DNA of 64,000 nt, from the IMG/VR virus record IMGVR_UViG_3300042731_008413, positions 19,421 to 83,420 of that record; one strand, 5' to 3'. Of the stretch, positions 28,739 through 38,192 are shown one piece after another; position 1 is the first letter of the stretch; each line of letters opens with the position of its first letter. Under the pieces are notes generated by a model that saw nothing but the letters and a program-made list of their open reading frames with translations, was not told the origin of the DNA and searched no databases. Source of the DNA: a virus. A program made the position numbers and the translations under genes.

Positions 28739-29221
28739 GTGAATAATCAACGAGAAGAAATCCGTCAAATCTACCAGTCCTTACGAGACCTGCAAGCCAG
28801 AGTTGATGTCCTGGCCTGGATTGCCAGTCGATTCGATAAGGCAGTAGATTTAATTGAGGACTTCGCCAGGGTTGATGACGTTATTCGGGAACTTAATGAG
28901 TATCTGATCGAAGAGTTCGAGCAAGTCAACCAGGCTTTACTGGCCTTGCTGGATTATCTGGAGTGCCAACCGGGTAGTACAAAGATACAGACGGGGGAAT
29001 TAAAGACAAATATTGTGGAATCCAGGTTGGCTTCATTGCGGAGACAATTGACCAGGCACGTATCCAATATCAATTATCTGGAAGAAGAATCTGCCCATTA
29101 TGGACCTTCGGTGCCACTCAGTATTACCAATGACCTTATTCGGGAGAGGGATATAGTCAGGGATATCGAGGCAAAAATTAAGGAATTCGAGGCTATCAAA
29201 TTGAGTTACGAGGAGGAATAA
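28739..29221 (+). CDS. Hypothetical coiled-coil protein
   Basis: 160-aa ORF with GTG start after GGGGG. Confidence 0.6.
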   Translation: MNNQREEIRQIYQSLRDLQARVDVLAWIASRFDKAVDLIEDFARVDDVIRELNEYLIEEFEQVNQALLALLDYLECQPGSTKIQTGELKTNIVESRLASLRRQLTRHVSNINYLEEESAHYGPSVPLSITNDLIRERDIVRDIEAKIKEFEAIKLSYEEE

Positions 29222-29265
29222 GCTATGCTATTAAAAGTTATCGAGCAGGGGGCGTTGGGCACCTG

Positions 29266-29493
29266 ATGGAAGAACAAGCCACGATGGACGAGGCCGTTCA
29301 AGACCTCGCCCAATTGACTACGGTGGCCCAACTGCCGGCCATTGCCTTGAAAGCCGATTCCTAGACCATTGCCGAGGTCCTGGAAAATGTAGAGATGCCG
29401 GCTTTCGAGGAGGCGGTTCAGGAGGTTAGCCACGACCGTCTTATATTTATGTTGGGGGCGATTGAGAGGGTGGTGGGGAGGAAGCGGGCCTAA
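29266..29493 (+). pseudogene. Short ORF interrupted by an in-frame TAG
   Basis: MEEQATMDEAVQ...ADS*TIAEVLENV...RKRA*. Confidence 0.35.
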
Positions 29494-30448
29494 TCTTCCA
29501 GCCCATTCGCCCGGCCAGCCAGATAATAGCTTTGTCAACGTCGGGGTCTTTGTCCATCAAGGGCAAATCCCCGATTTTTTCTTTGTTAAAATACAAGTCA
29601 TTCCCATGCAAGATAACGTTATTGAGATACAGGTACCCAAAGGTAGCTCCAACTCGATTAAAAAATATGTAACGTATTGAATATGGAACGTGAAATTCAA
29701 ACTGAATGACAATTTTTTCTTCCTCCCCCACCTTAATTTTTAGCTGATGAGGTAATGGAAGATACCATTTGTACCCTCGCTCCTCCTGTTTTTCTCTCTT
29801 GATGTCTTCCCGAATCAAGGTCGATAAGGCCAGACCGCTATCAACCAATTCTTCCAGTTGAAGTTGGGCCAACCGCTCGGGGGTATAGGGGTTATGCTCT
29901 GTGTTTCTGGCCCTGATTGCGGCCAGATTACGATTATCGAAATGGGTGGTCCAGGACACGTCCTCGATTCGCTTGGAGGTCGGATAGGTATGGCTGGTGA
30001 TATAATACGACCATAGAGTTTTGCCATTCAGTCGGGCCGATAGCATTTTCGATAGATGTCCCAGGTAATCGTCGAAGCGCTTGTCTGTTTGGAACCCCCC
30101 ACCGGTTTTTTGCCAGATCATCACCCGGTTATCATCGTATAACACTATAATATCCTCGAAAGTAAGGCGTTGCCAGTGTAAAATCTCGTCCTTGACCCCT
30201 TGCTCGATTCGGAAGTGGCGTTGGTCCAGAAAGCCTAACAACTCCGCCGGCCAGATTTCACCCTCGGGGATGCCGAACTCGGCCAGGGGCGCGTGTTCAG
30301 CCCGGAAGCGTAGGAATACTAAGATGTCACCGATCATCCATTGTTTTTGGTTGATGTCGTCCAGGATAGTCTGGATGACTTCGGAGACGGTTTGGATGGA
30401 TTGGTCTTCGTTGATAACAGCCAGGGCGCTATTGCCAATAATCTCCAT
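29447..30448 (-). CDS. Hypothetical protein
   Basis: Likely start MEIIGNS at 30448. The longer ORF-track start overlaps prim-pol. Confidence 0.65.
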   Translation of the reverse strand: MEIIGNSALAVINEDQSIQTVSEVIQTILDDINQKQWMIGDILVFLRFRAEHAPLAEFGIPEGEIWPAELLGFLDQRHFRIEQGVKDEILHWQRLTFEDIIVLYDDNRVMIWQKTGGGFQTDKRFDDYLGHLSKMLSARLNGKTLWSYYITSHTYPTSKRIEDVSWTTHFDNRNLAAIRARNTEHNPYTPERLAQLQLEELVDSGLALSTLIREDIKREKQEERGYKWYLPLPHQLKIKVGEEEKIVIQFEFHVPYSIRYIFFNRVGATFGYLYLNNVILHGNDLYFNKEKIGDLPLMDKDPDVDKAIIWLAGRMGWKIRPASSPPPSQSPPT

Positions 30449-31487
30449 AAGCCTCTTCCCAATGAAATTTCGCGGTTGTAATTTGCGGCACCAATTTCTC
30501 ATCTCCGGTGCGATAGAATTGAGCGATGTCGATCCCGGCCTCGATTGCCATTTCCAAAAGTATCTGCCGGAAGTATAGTTTCTTGGCCACCACCCGCCCA
30601 AAGCGACAGTAAGCCCAGGCTTCGATAGGTCCTCCCCCCTCCTCGTCTTCAAAACAGTACCAGGAATCTTTTTCCAGGTTAATGAGCAAGCCCCCGTTAC
30701 CCAACACCCGTAGCTCTTCACCTTTGTCCTGCTTCAAATTGGCCTGACTTGCTACCCCCAAGTGTTGGAAGACACTCAGGCTGCCCCAGAAGGCCAGGAC
30801 GCTGGACAGGAGCGTTTCTTTTCCGTTTTTGGTGCCACGGGCCGTATTCTGGCTACGTTGCCTGGAGGCGATTGTGGTGCGTTCTGGGGCTAACTGGTCC
30901 AACCAGCCAATCAGGTCGTCCAGGTTGTCGATTCGGGTGATTTTGCCTCGTTGCAGAAAGGTGTAAGGGTTGCCTGACGGATGAATCGAGGGAGGGGCTA
31001 CCGTCTGGCAAAACCTGGCCCGGATATTGACGTTACCGAGTCTGGTTTTCCAGGTCTGGTTGCCCTTGGGTTGGGATTTGGTGTCATCGTGGCCGAAATC
31101 GGGCAATCGATTCAGAAAGAGTGGGATGTGATACCCTTCCTGGCTACCTGACTGTTCGATCATCCCCCCGGTCAGTTGGGGGTGAATGGCTTTGATGGCC
31201 TCGAAGATGCCCTGATCGTGGTCGATGTCGATAGAGGCGAAATTGTTGGAGACTTCGCCGTGAACCAGGCCGATGTTAAAGACCCGGTTAAAGCCGTTGT
31301 TCCACCAGTGGTCGAGTTCTTGGGGGGTTACCCGGCGCTGCTGCAAGTGTTTCCACCTGTGAGTTTTTGGGTCTATCACATCCTCAGCGGGCTTTTTGTC
31401 GTTGGGTTCGACTGGGATGGTGTTGATGCCCTGATTGTACCACCATTGGGCGGCTCGGTATGCGGTTGCCTTGTCCAGTTGCGTCAT
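30429..31487 (-). CDS. Bifunctional DNA primase/polymerase N-terminal domain protein
   Basis: IPVEPNDKKP, NIGL, IDID, GYH, VAPPSIHPSGNPY motifs. Confidence 0.85.
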   Translation of the reverse strand: MTQLDKATAYRAAQWWYNQGINTIPVEPNDKKPAEDVIDPKTHRWKHLQQRRVTPQELDHWWNNGFNRVFNIGLVHGEVSNNFASIDIDHDQGIFEAIKAIHPQLTGGMIEQSGSQEGYHIPLFLNRLPDFGHDDTKSQPKGNQTWKTRLGNVNIRARFCQTVAPPSIHPSGNPYTFLQRGKITRIDNLDDLIGWLDQLAPERTTIASRQRSQNTARGTKNGKETLLSSVLAFWGSLSVFQHLGVASQANLKQDKGEELRVLGNGGLLINLEKDSWYCFEDEEGGGPIEAWAYCRFGRVVAKKLYFRQILLEMAIEAGIDIAQFYRTGDEKLVPQITTAKFHWEEAYGDYWQ

Positions 31488-31511
31488 TACGGTATCCTCC
31501 TGAGTATTACA

Positions 31512-32486
31512 CTATAATAGTCTTAGTTGTTCTTTTGGTACTTTTTTGTAATGTTGCCGACCATTGTTGGAATATTCTTCCCAAGGTATTATTTTATAAT
31601 ATCTACCCACCACCCAACGCTGGAACCGCTTTAGGTCTTTATCTTTGTTGTTGTAGACCATCGGATATGGCAAGATGCCCCGCTCATTCATCTTATGAAA
31701 ACGGTACAAAATACGTTCCCAAGTTTCAGTTGGGTCAAAACCAATCAACATATAGACCATTAAATGATATGGTGGTATGCCGGCCTGCTCCAATCGGTCT
31801 ACTCCCCTGAAAAATATATCCTCATCTTTCAGATTGTCCCAGGCAGTATACAAACGTCGGTTCTTGAATTGGTCATCATAATATTTGATGCTGGCCAGGG
31901 CTTGGGCAGCCTTGTCATCTACCAGCCGGATATTGATACCCTGATTAAATGACACCTTGAAATCACCAGACCTTATTTCCTCTATTCTGTCCTGCCATTG
32001 CTCACGCGGCTGCCCAAAGAAATCGTTATCTAGTAATACGATCTTTCGCTCAGTATCAGGTCGCCAAATATCATAGATGGTATTGACTGAGCGAGGTCGG
32101 CCCTCTTTTTGAGGCACGACGCAAAACTTACAATTAAGGCGACAGCCTCGTTGGGTGAAGCCTAATGACCATCTGTAATCTGGACAAACGGAATAGTCAT
32201 AATGCTCATAGTCGCCTATTATTTGTTCAATCGTTGCTCCTGGACTGTTTGTTCCAGTTCCACCAACAATCGCGTTGGGAAAATTAGCCAGCAACCTCTT
32301 GATCTTTTTCTGGCTTTTGGTAAAAATGGCAGAACCGTAAACGAGATCATAGTCAGGCTCAAATAGGCCGTACTCCACGCTGCGGGTTAGATAGATAGTA
32401 TCGCCGTTTGACTTGTGCCAGTGTGACAGTTTCATTAAAGCTAAATTTGGTAGCTTGCCATCTATATGTGTTAGTCTTATATTCAA
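31512..32486 (-). CDS. Radical SAM protein
   Basis: TQRGCRLNCKFCVVPQKEG (CxxxCxxC), PNLALMKLS, YMLIGF; C-terminal QLRLL. Confidence 0.88.
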   Translation of the reverse strand: MNIRLTHIDGKLPNLALMKLSHWHKSNGDTIYLTRSVEYGLFEPDYDLVYGSAIFTKSQKKIKRLLANFPNAIVGGTGTNSPGATIEQIIGDYEHYDYSVCPDYRWSLGFTQRGCRLNCKFCVVPQKEGRPRSVNTIYDIWRPDTERKIVLLDNDFFGQPREQWQDRIEEIRSGDFKVSFNQGINIRLVDDKAAQALASIKYYDDQFKNRRLYTAWDNLKDEDIFFRGVDRLEQAGIPPYHLMVYMLIGFDPTETWERILYRFHKMNERGILPYPMVYNNKDKDLKRFQRWVVGRYYKIIPWEEYSNNGRQHYKKVPKEQLRLL

Positions 32487-32516
32487 TTTATCCTCCTCTG
32501 TCTGTTAGATGACTAT

Positions 32517-33824
32517 TTACTCCAAATAGTTATCAACAATCAACCCCGAAGCCGCCACGTAATGGGTATGCTCCTTACTCCCGGCAAACCGTCTCCCAAG
32601 TTTAGCTTTGAGGTACATCACCCCCGGCATTTCCGGGTCAACCCGAGAGACAAAAATACCATCTGCCGCGGCGGGGGCATCCCCACCCCCCTTGATGCCG
32701 GGCGAGTGGCTTTTGTTATAGCCTTTGACCGTCTCTTCGTTTTGCTGGCCGATAAGCCCCAGGGCCACTTCGTTTTTGGCCTCGATCTCCATAATGGCCC
32801 TGGATAGTTCAGCCCCCCGTTCGACCACGTTATCGGAATCGCCAAACAACTGGCTGTAGTCCAGCCAGACCAGTTGCGCTCCATGCTCAAGTTTGGCTTT
32901 ACGGACGGTGTGTTTGAGGGTGGCTATTCCGGTGATGTTGTCCCCGGAATCGTAGACATAAATCGGTAGCCCTTTGAACGTTTCCCGACCATACTCGATG
33001 GCATCCCATTCGACGTTGGTTAGTCCCTGCCGGCCTGACATTGCCCGCAGGACTTTGAGGCTATCCAGGTCAACGTTTTGGTAATGTTGTCCATTCAGAA
33101 TCAGGTACTCGGTAGCCAGCATTACCTGGCAATCCAGAACGAACATCGTCCGTTCCCCCTCGGCGGCCAAGAAGACAACCGGGTAGTCACTTTTGCTAGC
33201 GTGAAGGCTAATGTTTCGGGCAATCGACGTTTTGTAGGATTTGTATGGGGCCACGAACCAGAAGTTCATCGTGGGCCACAGGCCACCAATGGAATCATCG
33301 ATCCACTTGATGCCGGTCGGGACCGGTTGCCAGGGATTCTCTTTGAGACGTTTCCATAGTTCGGCGTCGATGCCCGCCGCGTCGTGACGGACGGTTGAGC
33401 GTTGGGCAGTCAGGTTGCCGATCTCATTGATGGTTGTCTGGGTAAGTTCTTCCAGGTTCGAGGGAGTGACTTGGGTAAGTTCCTGCCCGTATTGCCGAAC
33501 CAACATCGTCCGCCCAATCAAGGCCAGGTTCTTTAGATTCTCTTCCAGACGAACGTTGTCGATGTCGTTGAACTGACCAGCGATGACCCTGGCATAGCCT
33601 GAGTTGCCGTTGAGACGAACCGATACCGCGTCTACCAGGGGTGGTTGGTTCTCGGAAAAACATTGCTTGACCGCGGCCCAGATAGGCCGGTCCTTGGGGG
33701 GAAACATATAGCCCTGGTCGCCAATGTTCTCAAAGACCTTGACCGCGGCCCCCTTGTCGGACATTACCGAGGCCAAGATTTTGTGACTGAGGAGTTGCCA
33801 GTCGGCTTGGAGAGTGTCAGGCAT
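32517..33824 (-). CDS. DnaB-like replicative helicase
   Basis: VPTGIKWIDDSIGG, variant Walker A APYKSYKT, Walker B WLDYSQL. Confidence 0.8.
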   Translation of the reverse strand: MPDTLQADWQLLSHKILASVMSDKGAAVKVFENIGDQGYMFPPKDRPIWAAVKQCFSENQPPLVDAVSVRLNGNSGYARVIAGQFNDIDNVRLEENLKNLALIGRTMLVRQYGQELTQVTPSNLEELTQTTINEIGNLTAQRSTVRHDAAGIDAELWKRLKENPWQPVPTGIKWIDDSIGGLWPTMNFWFVAPYKSYKTSIARNISLHASKSDYPVVFLAAEGERTMFVLDCQVMLATEYLILNGQHYQNVDLDSLKVLRAMSGRQGLTNVEWDAIEYGRETFKGLPIYVYDSGDNITGIATLKHTVRKAKLEHGAQLVWLDYSQLFGDSDNVVERGAELSRAIMEIEAKNEVALGLIGQQNEETVKGYNKSHSPGIKGGGDAPAAADGIFVSRVDPEMPGVMYLKAKLGRRFAGSKEHTHYVAASGLIVDNYLE

Positions 33825-34095
33825 TGGATGGCTCCTGACAATACTGTTCCAACATCCTCGAAACCCGAGATTTCGGAACCGTGTCTCTGATTACCAGCAA
33901 GTCAATTGGGGTAAGCTCGCTATTGGCTTTGGTTCTGAGTTCCTGGGGATGATATTTGCTCCAATAACGACAAAAGGCGTTGCGTCCCCGAACGGAAGTC
34001 ACGAATCCGGGTTCGCAGTCCTGGTGCCGTATATCGCCGTTGGCGTGGGTTGGAACGTAAATTATTTGGGTGCCTCGTTGTATAGGTTCTGTCAT
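33817..34095 (-). CDS. Hypothetical protein
   Basis: RBS AGGAGG; coupled to the helicase gene. Confidence 0.65.
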   Translation of the reverse strand: MTEPIQRGTQIIYVPTHANGDIRHQDCEPGFVTSVRGRNAFCRYWSKYHPQELRTKANSELTPIDLLVIRDTVPKSRVSRMLEQYCQEPSNA

Positions 34096-34120
34096 TCTAT
34101 CCTCCTGTAATTACCAGCTA

Positions 34121-35044
34121 TTATCGCCAACGATTATCACCAACAGGTAATGGCTGTTCTTCTTGAAATTCTGATTGATTTTGATTGTGGATACCCCACA
34201 TCGTTTTTGTTAGTGTCCAAGGCCCCGAAATGGCAATTCCATCCTTTTGTAATTTTATGGCCGATAATCCGTATAGATTGAATAGTTCTGATGTCTTCCA
34301 ATTAGCTTTGTGGTCCTTGAATGTTTTTAACCATGCTCCCCTGGTTGATGTATCGGATGGTATGGCTATGTTGGTGGCCGCGACAAAAGCAGCAGCCGTA
34401 TGCCTAAATGTTGGCTGATTTATAACCCACCCAGATTGTTGTATTTCATCCTCCGCCATAGCAATGGCAGTTTCGCCTTGATATCGTCCCCACTTAAGGA
34501 AGTCATTAGCCGTGGTTGGCGGGCGGGTTCTTTTAGAAGAGTCATTATGACTTTCAAAAACTGTAGCTAGAGATGGCTGTGTTTTTACAGCACTAACTTC
34601 TTCTGGCGTAGCCCCAGATGATTCAGTATTTACTGATTCAGTATTTACTGATTCAGTTTTTTCTATATCTCGCGGTGAACCATCTGTGGGTGAACCATCT
34701 GTGGGTGAACCATCTGTGGATAATCGCGGTATGGTTTGTGGCTCTTCGTGAATCGTTGTCACCCAATAAAACTGACCAGATTTGTTTTGGTGCCTTTCCC
34801 TGGTCATATAGCCGCACTCTTGAAGTTCGCTTAAAATCCGGCGAATTTTGAATTCGCCAGCATCACCTTGTTTTTCCAGGTCGTGGTTGCGACAAATCCA
34901 ACCATCTGGCTTGCTAAGTAGGTAGCCCATGATGCCTCTTGCTTCCCAAGACAGCCTATTGTCATTAAATGGGGCATTGTTGGCTACAAAATACTTTTCA
35001 GTTTTTTTAGTCCTGATTATACCACCTGCGGAATTATCATTCAT
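34121..35044 (-). CDS. Replication initiator (winged-helix, lambda O-like position)
   Basis: LSWEARGIMGYLLSKPDGW...LSELQECGY; internal tandem repeats; upstream of the helicase. Confidence 0.8.
   Translation of the reverse strand: MNDNSAGGIIRTKKTEKYFVANNAPFNDNRLSWEARGIMGYLLSKPDGWICRNHDLEKQGDAGEFKIRRILSELQECGYMTRERHQNKSGQFYWVTTIHEEPQTIPRLSTDGSPTDGSPTDGSPRDIEKTESVNTESVNTESSGATPEEVSAVKTQPSLATVFESHNDSSKRTRPPTTANDFLKWGRYQGETAIAMAEDEIQQSGWVINQPTFRHTAAAFVAATNIAIPSDTSTRGAWLKTFKDHKANWKTSELFNLYGLSAIKLQKDGIAISGPWTLTKTMWGIHNQNQSEFQEEQPLPVGDNRWR
34619..34723. repeat. Iteron-like 15-bp tandem repeats plus DnaA box (probable origin)
   Basis: TGATTCAGTATTTAC x2.6 (34619-34657); GGTGAACCATCTGTG x3 (34674-34718); TGTGGATAA at 34715-34723. 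Confidence 0.7.
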
Positions 35045-35394
35045 ATCCTTGCGCCTTTTCTGCTATTACACACTCGACAAAGAACCTGAAGATTATTTAG
35101 AGTCGCCTTACCCCCGACTTTTTCTGGAACAATGTGGTCTATGGTTAGATCATTGACGGCACCACAAGATTGACACGAATGGCTATCGCGTTCCAGAACT
35201 TTTAATCGCAATTTTTTGGGTATTGGTTTTTTCTTGTACGTTTGATTATCCGCCTCCCGATAACCCAAAATCACACTTTTTTCTGGCATAGGCCCATATA
35301 ACGCTATCATCTCTTGACAATGCAGACACTCATTCCTGCTTTGCGGGTGATAAGCGTCCGTGTGCCTATCTCTCCATTGAGCTATTGTTGCCAT
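35041..35394 (-). CDS. HNH endonuclease
   Basis: CQSCG...DHIVP..GG...NLQVLCRVCNSRK. Confidence 0.9.
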   Translation of the reverse strand: MATIAQWRDRHTDAYHPQSRNECLHCQEMIALYGPMPEKSVILGYREADNQTYKKKPIPKKLRLKVLERDSHSCQSCGAVNDLTIDHIVPEKVGGKATLNNLQVLCRVCNSRKGARI

Positions 35395-35396
35395 AA

Positions 35397-35599
35397 CAAA
35401 AACTCCCGTCCTTTCGGCACCGCTGGCCTGGCCTGTTACTCAACCCCAGGTTTGCCCGATTGAGCAACCAACCAGCGGTCCCGAAAATACGGGAGCTTTC
35501 AAACCTGGGAGACGGCACCACCCCGGCCAAAGGGTGCGACTTATTTTTATTCGTCCCGATCTCTCCATCCATCTTATCACGATTCGTCACTGGAGTCAA
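35397..35599 (-). promoter_or_regulatory. Promoter plus structured attenuator-like leader of the replication operon
   Basis: TTGACT-17-TAAGAT (35599-35571). Long hairpin CTCCCGT...ACGGGAG-TTTTT whose loop pairs with upstream CCCAGGTTTG. Confidence 0.6.
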
Positions 35600-36002
35600 C
35601 CCTTTGTTTGTTCAGCACATAATCACCTATTATAGTGTAATAGTTGGCGTCTGTGCAGATAAATGGTTTCCATATTTGGGCCAATTTCTCTCCTACGTAT
35701 TCTCCACAATAACTACATTCATAATTGCTATGAACAATTTGCCCCCAAATTCCACAGGCTTCACAACTAGCCGGGCTATCAACTAGGTGTGGAGTACCAT
35801 CCGTCAGTTTTTTTTGATTGGACAACAAATGTATATGGGGTCGTTTAAGCCACTTAACCGCCACATCCAGCCAATCCTCGTAGTCGATTGGCCCCTTGTC
35901 CCAGGCCATCTTCCTGGCTTCCTTGGCGGTATGGTGGAAGACCAGGACAGCGCCCTCCCAGGAGCCGGCGTTACGGGAGTAGGCCATGTATGCTCGTAAC
36001 AT
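35577..36002 (-). CDS. Hypothetical protein with CxxC pairs
   Basis: CEAC and CSYC; operon context. Confidence 0.6.
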   Translation of the reverse strand: MLRAYMAYSRNAGSWEGAVLVFHHTAKEARKMAWDKGPIDYEDWLDVAVKWLKRPHIHLLSNQKKLTDGTPHLVDSPASCEACGIWGQIVHSNYECSYCGEYVGEKLAQIWKPFICTDANYYTIIGDYVLNKQRVDSSDES

Positions 36003-36200
36003 TCAAACCTCCGGTGTGTTAGCGTTCATAACCTCATCCAGATATTCATTTTCCTCCCTGAGCCTTTTATTTTCTTCAAGGAGTTCCTTGTAGGCATCTA
36101 GTAGAATCCAAAACTCATTAGGTGTGTATTCACCTAAAGCAGATGTGTACCCAGACCCCTTCCATCGTTTCCATTCACAAATTTGTTCTTCAGTTATCAT
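36003..36200 (-). CDS. Hypothetical protein
   Basis: Coupled small ORF. Confidence 0.55.
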   Translation of the reverse strand: MITEEQICEWKRWKGSGYTSALGEYTPNEFWILLDAYKELLEENKRLREENEYLDEVMNANTPEV

Positions 36201-36412
36201 ATCTCCAACCCCGGCAATTCCATCTGCCCCATCATCCTCATGCGCTCATCCTCGGCCAGTTCATCAAACACAAAGTCACCATACAGCCCCCATTTCAGCC
36301 AATCATCGTAGGTAAAGATGGTGGCTTTGCTTTTTTCCGGGGTCATCTCTTCCCCCATTTTATCAGCTACCCACTCTTTGAGTTCCGAGTCCCAAAATCT
36401 ACCTTTTCTCAT
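36197..36412 (-). CDS. Hypothetical protein
   Basis: Coupled small ORF, ends GQMELPGLEI. Confidence 0.55.
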   Translation of the reverse strand: MRKGRFWDSELKEWVADKMGEEMTPEKSKATIFTYDDWLKWGLYGDFVFDELAEDERMRMMGQMELPGLEI

Positions 36413-36648
36413 TTTGCTCTCCTGAATGGCTTTCTGTATCGATTGCAGATGGTATAGAAATAATTCAAGTCACCATTATCGAATGTCAACGCTGTATCGG
36501 TGCCGTCATCGTTTGGTCTGGTGCAGCAAGACCAACCATTGTCAAAATGAAAATAATGACAGGTCGCACAGCATCGTGGTTGTATCGCCCTGATTTTGCT
36601 TGCTGGACTGAGTTTTGGGTTGAAAGGACCATTGCCAACGTCTTTCAT
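36409..36648 (-). CDS. Cys-rich hypothetical protein
   Basis: CATCHY...C...C pattern; coupled ORF. Confidence 0.55.
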   Translation of the reverse strand: MKDVGNGPFNPKLSPASKIRAIQPRCCATCHYFHFDNGWSCCTRPNDDGTDTALTFDNGDLNYFYTICNRYRKPFRRAK

Positions 36649-37517
36649 TTCACCCTCACCTGATAATCCTTCTCTACGGCTCCATCCTGCTTGCTACCCA
36701 CCACAGTCGGACCGAAGTAATAGATGCCCTTGTGTCGCCCAAACAGCCCATTTTCACGATAATCCCGGAAAGCCCCTCGCCTGACGTGCATTGCCTTATG
36801 ACCACCGGTGCCGGCCCCGTTGCCACCCCGAGACCGCATTGGCTTGACGACCAGGGTGTGATACCTGGTTTCGACGGTTCTGGTTTGTACCTTGCGATTC
36901 TTACGGCGTTTCAATGTGCGCTTTTGGGTGTTTTCCTGGGTAGAGACGTTGCGGCAGTTCAATAACATCAGGCTGTAAAGGTATGGCAGAAACAAATCCA
37001 TCGGGAAGGGGCTGATGGGGTGTTCGTTCTTGACAAAGATGCCTCTGGCTCCCTTGGAGAAACCGGTGGGCCGTTCCAGCCAGCCGATGTCTCCCCGTTC
37101 ATCCAGGGTCAATCTCAAGACGAACTCGCCCTCGACAAAAATCTTGTTACCGGCTGCGGCATACAGCCCCATCTGAATGTCCCATCGCAGGTCCGGCACA
37201 TCCTCGACATCCTGCAAGACACACAAGGCCCCAAAACGCATATCCTGGGGTGATAGGTCCTTATGAAGCAAAGTTCGGTACAAAGCCACATCCTCATCGT
37301 TCCAGATAGATTCGGGGTAGCTATATTCCAGCCAGGTGACCGGGAATGGCGGGGTCAACGCCTGAAAGTCATCGGCCTTACTAAACGAATCATCCTTTCT
37401 GAAGAAGTCATTGACTACCGAGGTAATGTCGAATAGTCTGGCTTCTTTCCAGGCCCACATTGCGTCGGGTGGGGCTTTCTTTTTGCATTGGTGGAACAGT
37501 TTAATTGGAGATTCCAT
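36645..37517 (-). CDS. Conserved phage hypothetical protein
   Basis: C-terminal HVRRGAFRDY..GLFG motif common in phage proteins. Confidence 0.7.
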   Translation of the reverse strand: MESPIKLFHQCKKKAPPDAMWAWKEARLFDITSVVNDFFRKDDSFSKADDFQALTPPFPVTWLEYSYPESIWNDEDVALYRTLLHKDLSPQDMRFGALCVLQDVEDVPDLRWDIQMGLYAAAGNKIFVEGEFVLRLTLDERGDIGWLERPTGFSKGARGIFVKNEHPISPFPMDLFLPYLYSLMLLNCRNVSTQENTQKRTLKRRKNRKVQTRTVETRYHTLVVKPMRSRGGNGAGTGGHKAMHVRRGAFRDYRENGLFGRHKGIYYFGPTVVGSKQDGAVEKDYQVRVK

Positions 37518-37731
37518 TGTCCCATCCAGGGGCTATAGCATCCAATACCTTGCCCAACTTCTCCATTTCATCACCATGCCACTCGAATTCCTCTAACTTA
37601 CTCCGGGACAGTCCTTCATTTAGATGGCCATCACCAAGCAAATCGTAGTATTGAATAGCGTGAAAATTATATTCCTGGATCATTCGCTTAACCGGGGGGA
37701 TAATCGATGATCCTGTCACTCGGTCTATCAT
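37501..37731 (-). CDS. Hypothetical protein
   Basis: RBS GGAGG and ATG 37731 downstream of a structured leader. Confidence 0.55.
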   Translation of the reverse strand: MIDRVTGSSIIPPVKRMIQEYNFHAIQYYDLLGDGHLNEGLSRSKLEEFEWHGDEMEKLGKVLDAIAPGWDNGISN

Positions 37732-37749
37732 TTTACCCTCCAGAGAAAT

Positions 37750-37977
37750 AAAAAAATACCCAATCACCACGGCACCCCCTTGACACAAAAGGACGAGAAA
37801 ATGTCTTAGGGCCGGCAACCCCACGAAGTTATGAGGGGATGCCGCTGTGATTGGGTATTTTGGATATACCTATTTGGTTAGTAAGGCCAACCATTTCCTC
37901 GTCCATTCTTTTGATTGTGTCAATTGAGTTGCCGGCTCAACTAAGAAAATTATACCATAGAACAAAAATCCTGTCAA
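37750..37977 (-). promoter_or_regulatory. Promoter plus antisense/attenuator-type leader
   Basis: TTGACA-17-TATAAT (37977-37949). Terminator hairpin 37751-37861 whose loop segments are complementary to 5' leader segments. Confidence 0.7.
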
Positions 37978-38192
37978 CCCTTATTTTCTAACTGTTCTAT
38001 AATTTTTTGCCACGTCTTAGGGCTAACCTTACTCCAATACCGTCGATGCCCAATGTGGTAGATATTATGTCCACATTTTTTGCATTGGTATACCCACAAC
38101 GACCCAGGCGCGGCTTTACCCGAGCGATACAGACTTCTCCGGGCGGCGCAAGCCTGTTGTTCGGTCATTGGTTTTTTCTTACAGGCCATCAA
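37974..38192 (-). CDS. Small zinc-finger protein
   Basis: C...YQCKKC..YHIGH. Confidence 0.6.
   Translation of the reverse strand: MMACKKKPMTEQQACAARRSLYRSGKAAPGSLWVYQCKKCGHNIYHIGHRRYWSKVSPKTWQKIIEQLENKG

Noticed and set aside
29362-29364. In-frame TAG as evidence of amber recoding
   Set aside because: TAG terminates many well-defined genes here (capsid, tape measure, MTase); a single case is more likely decay.
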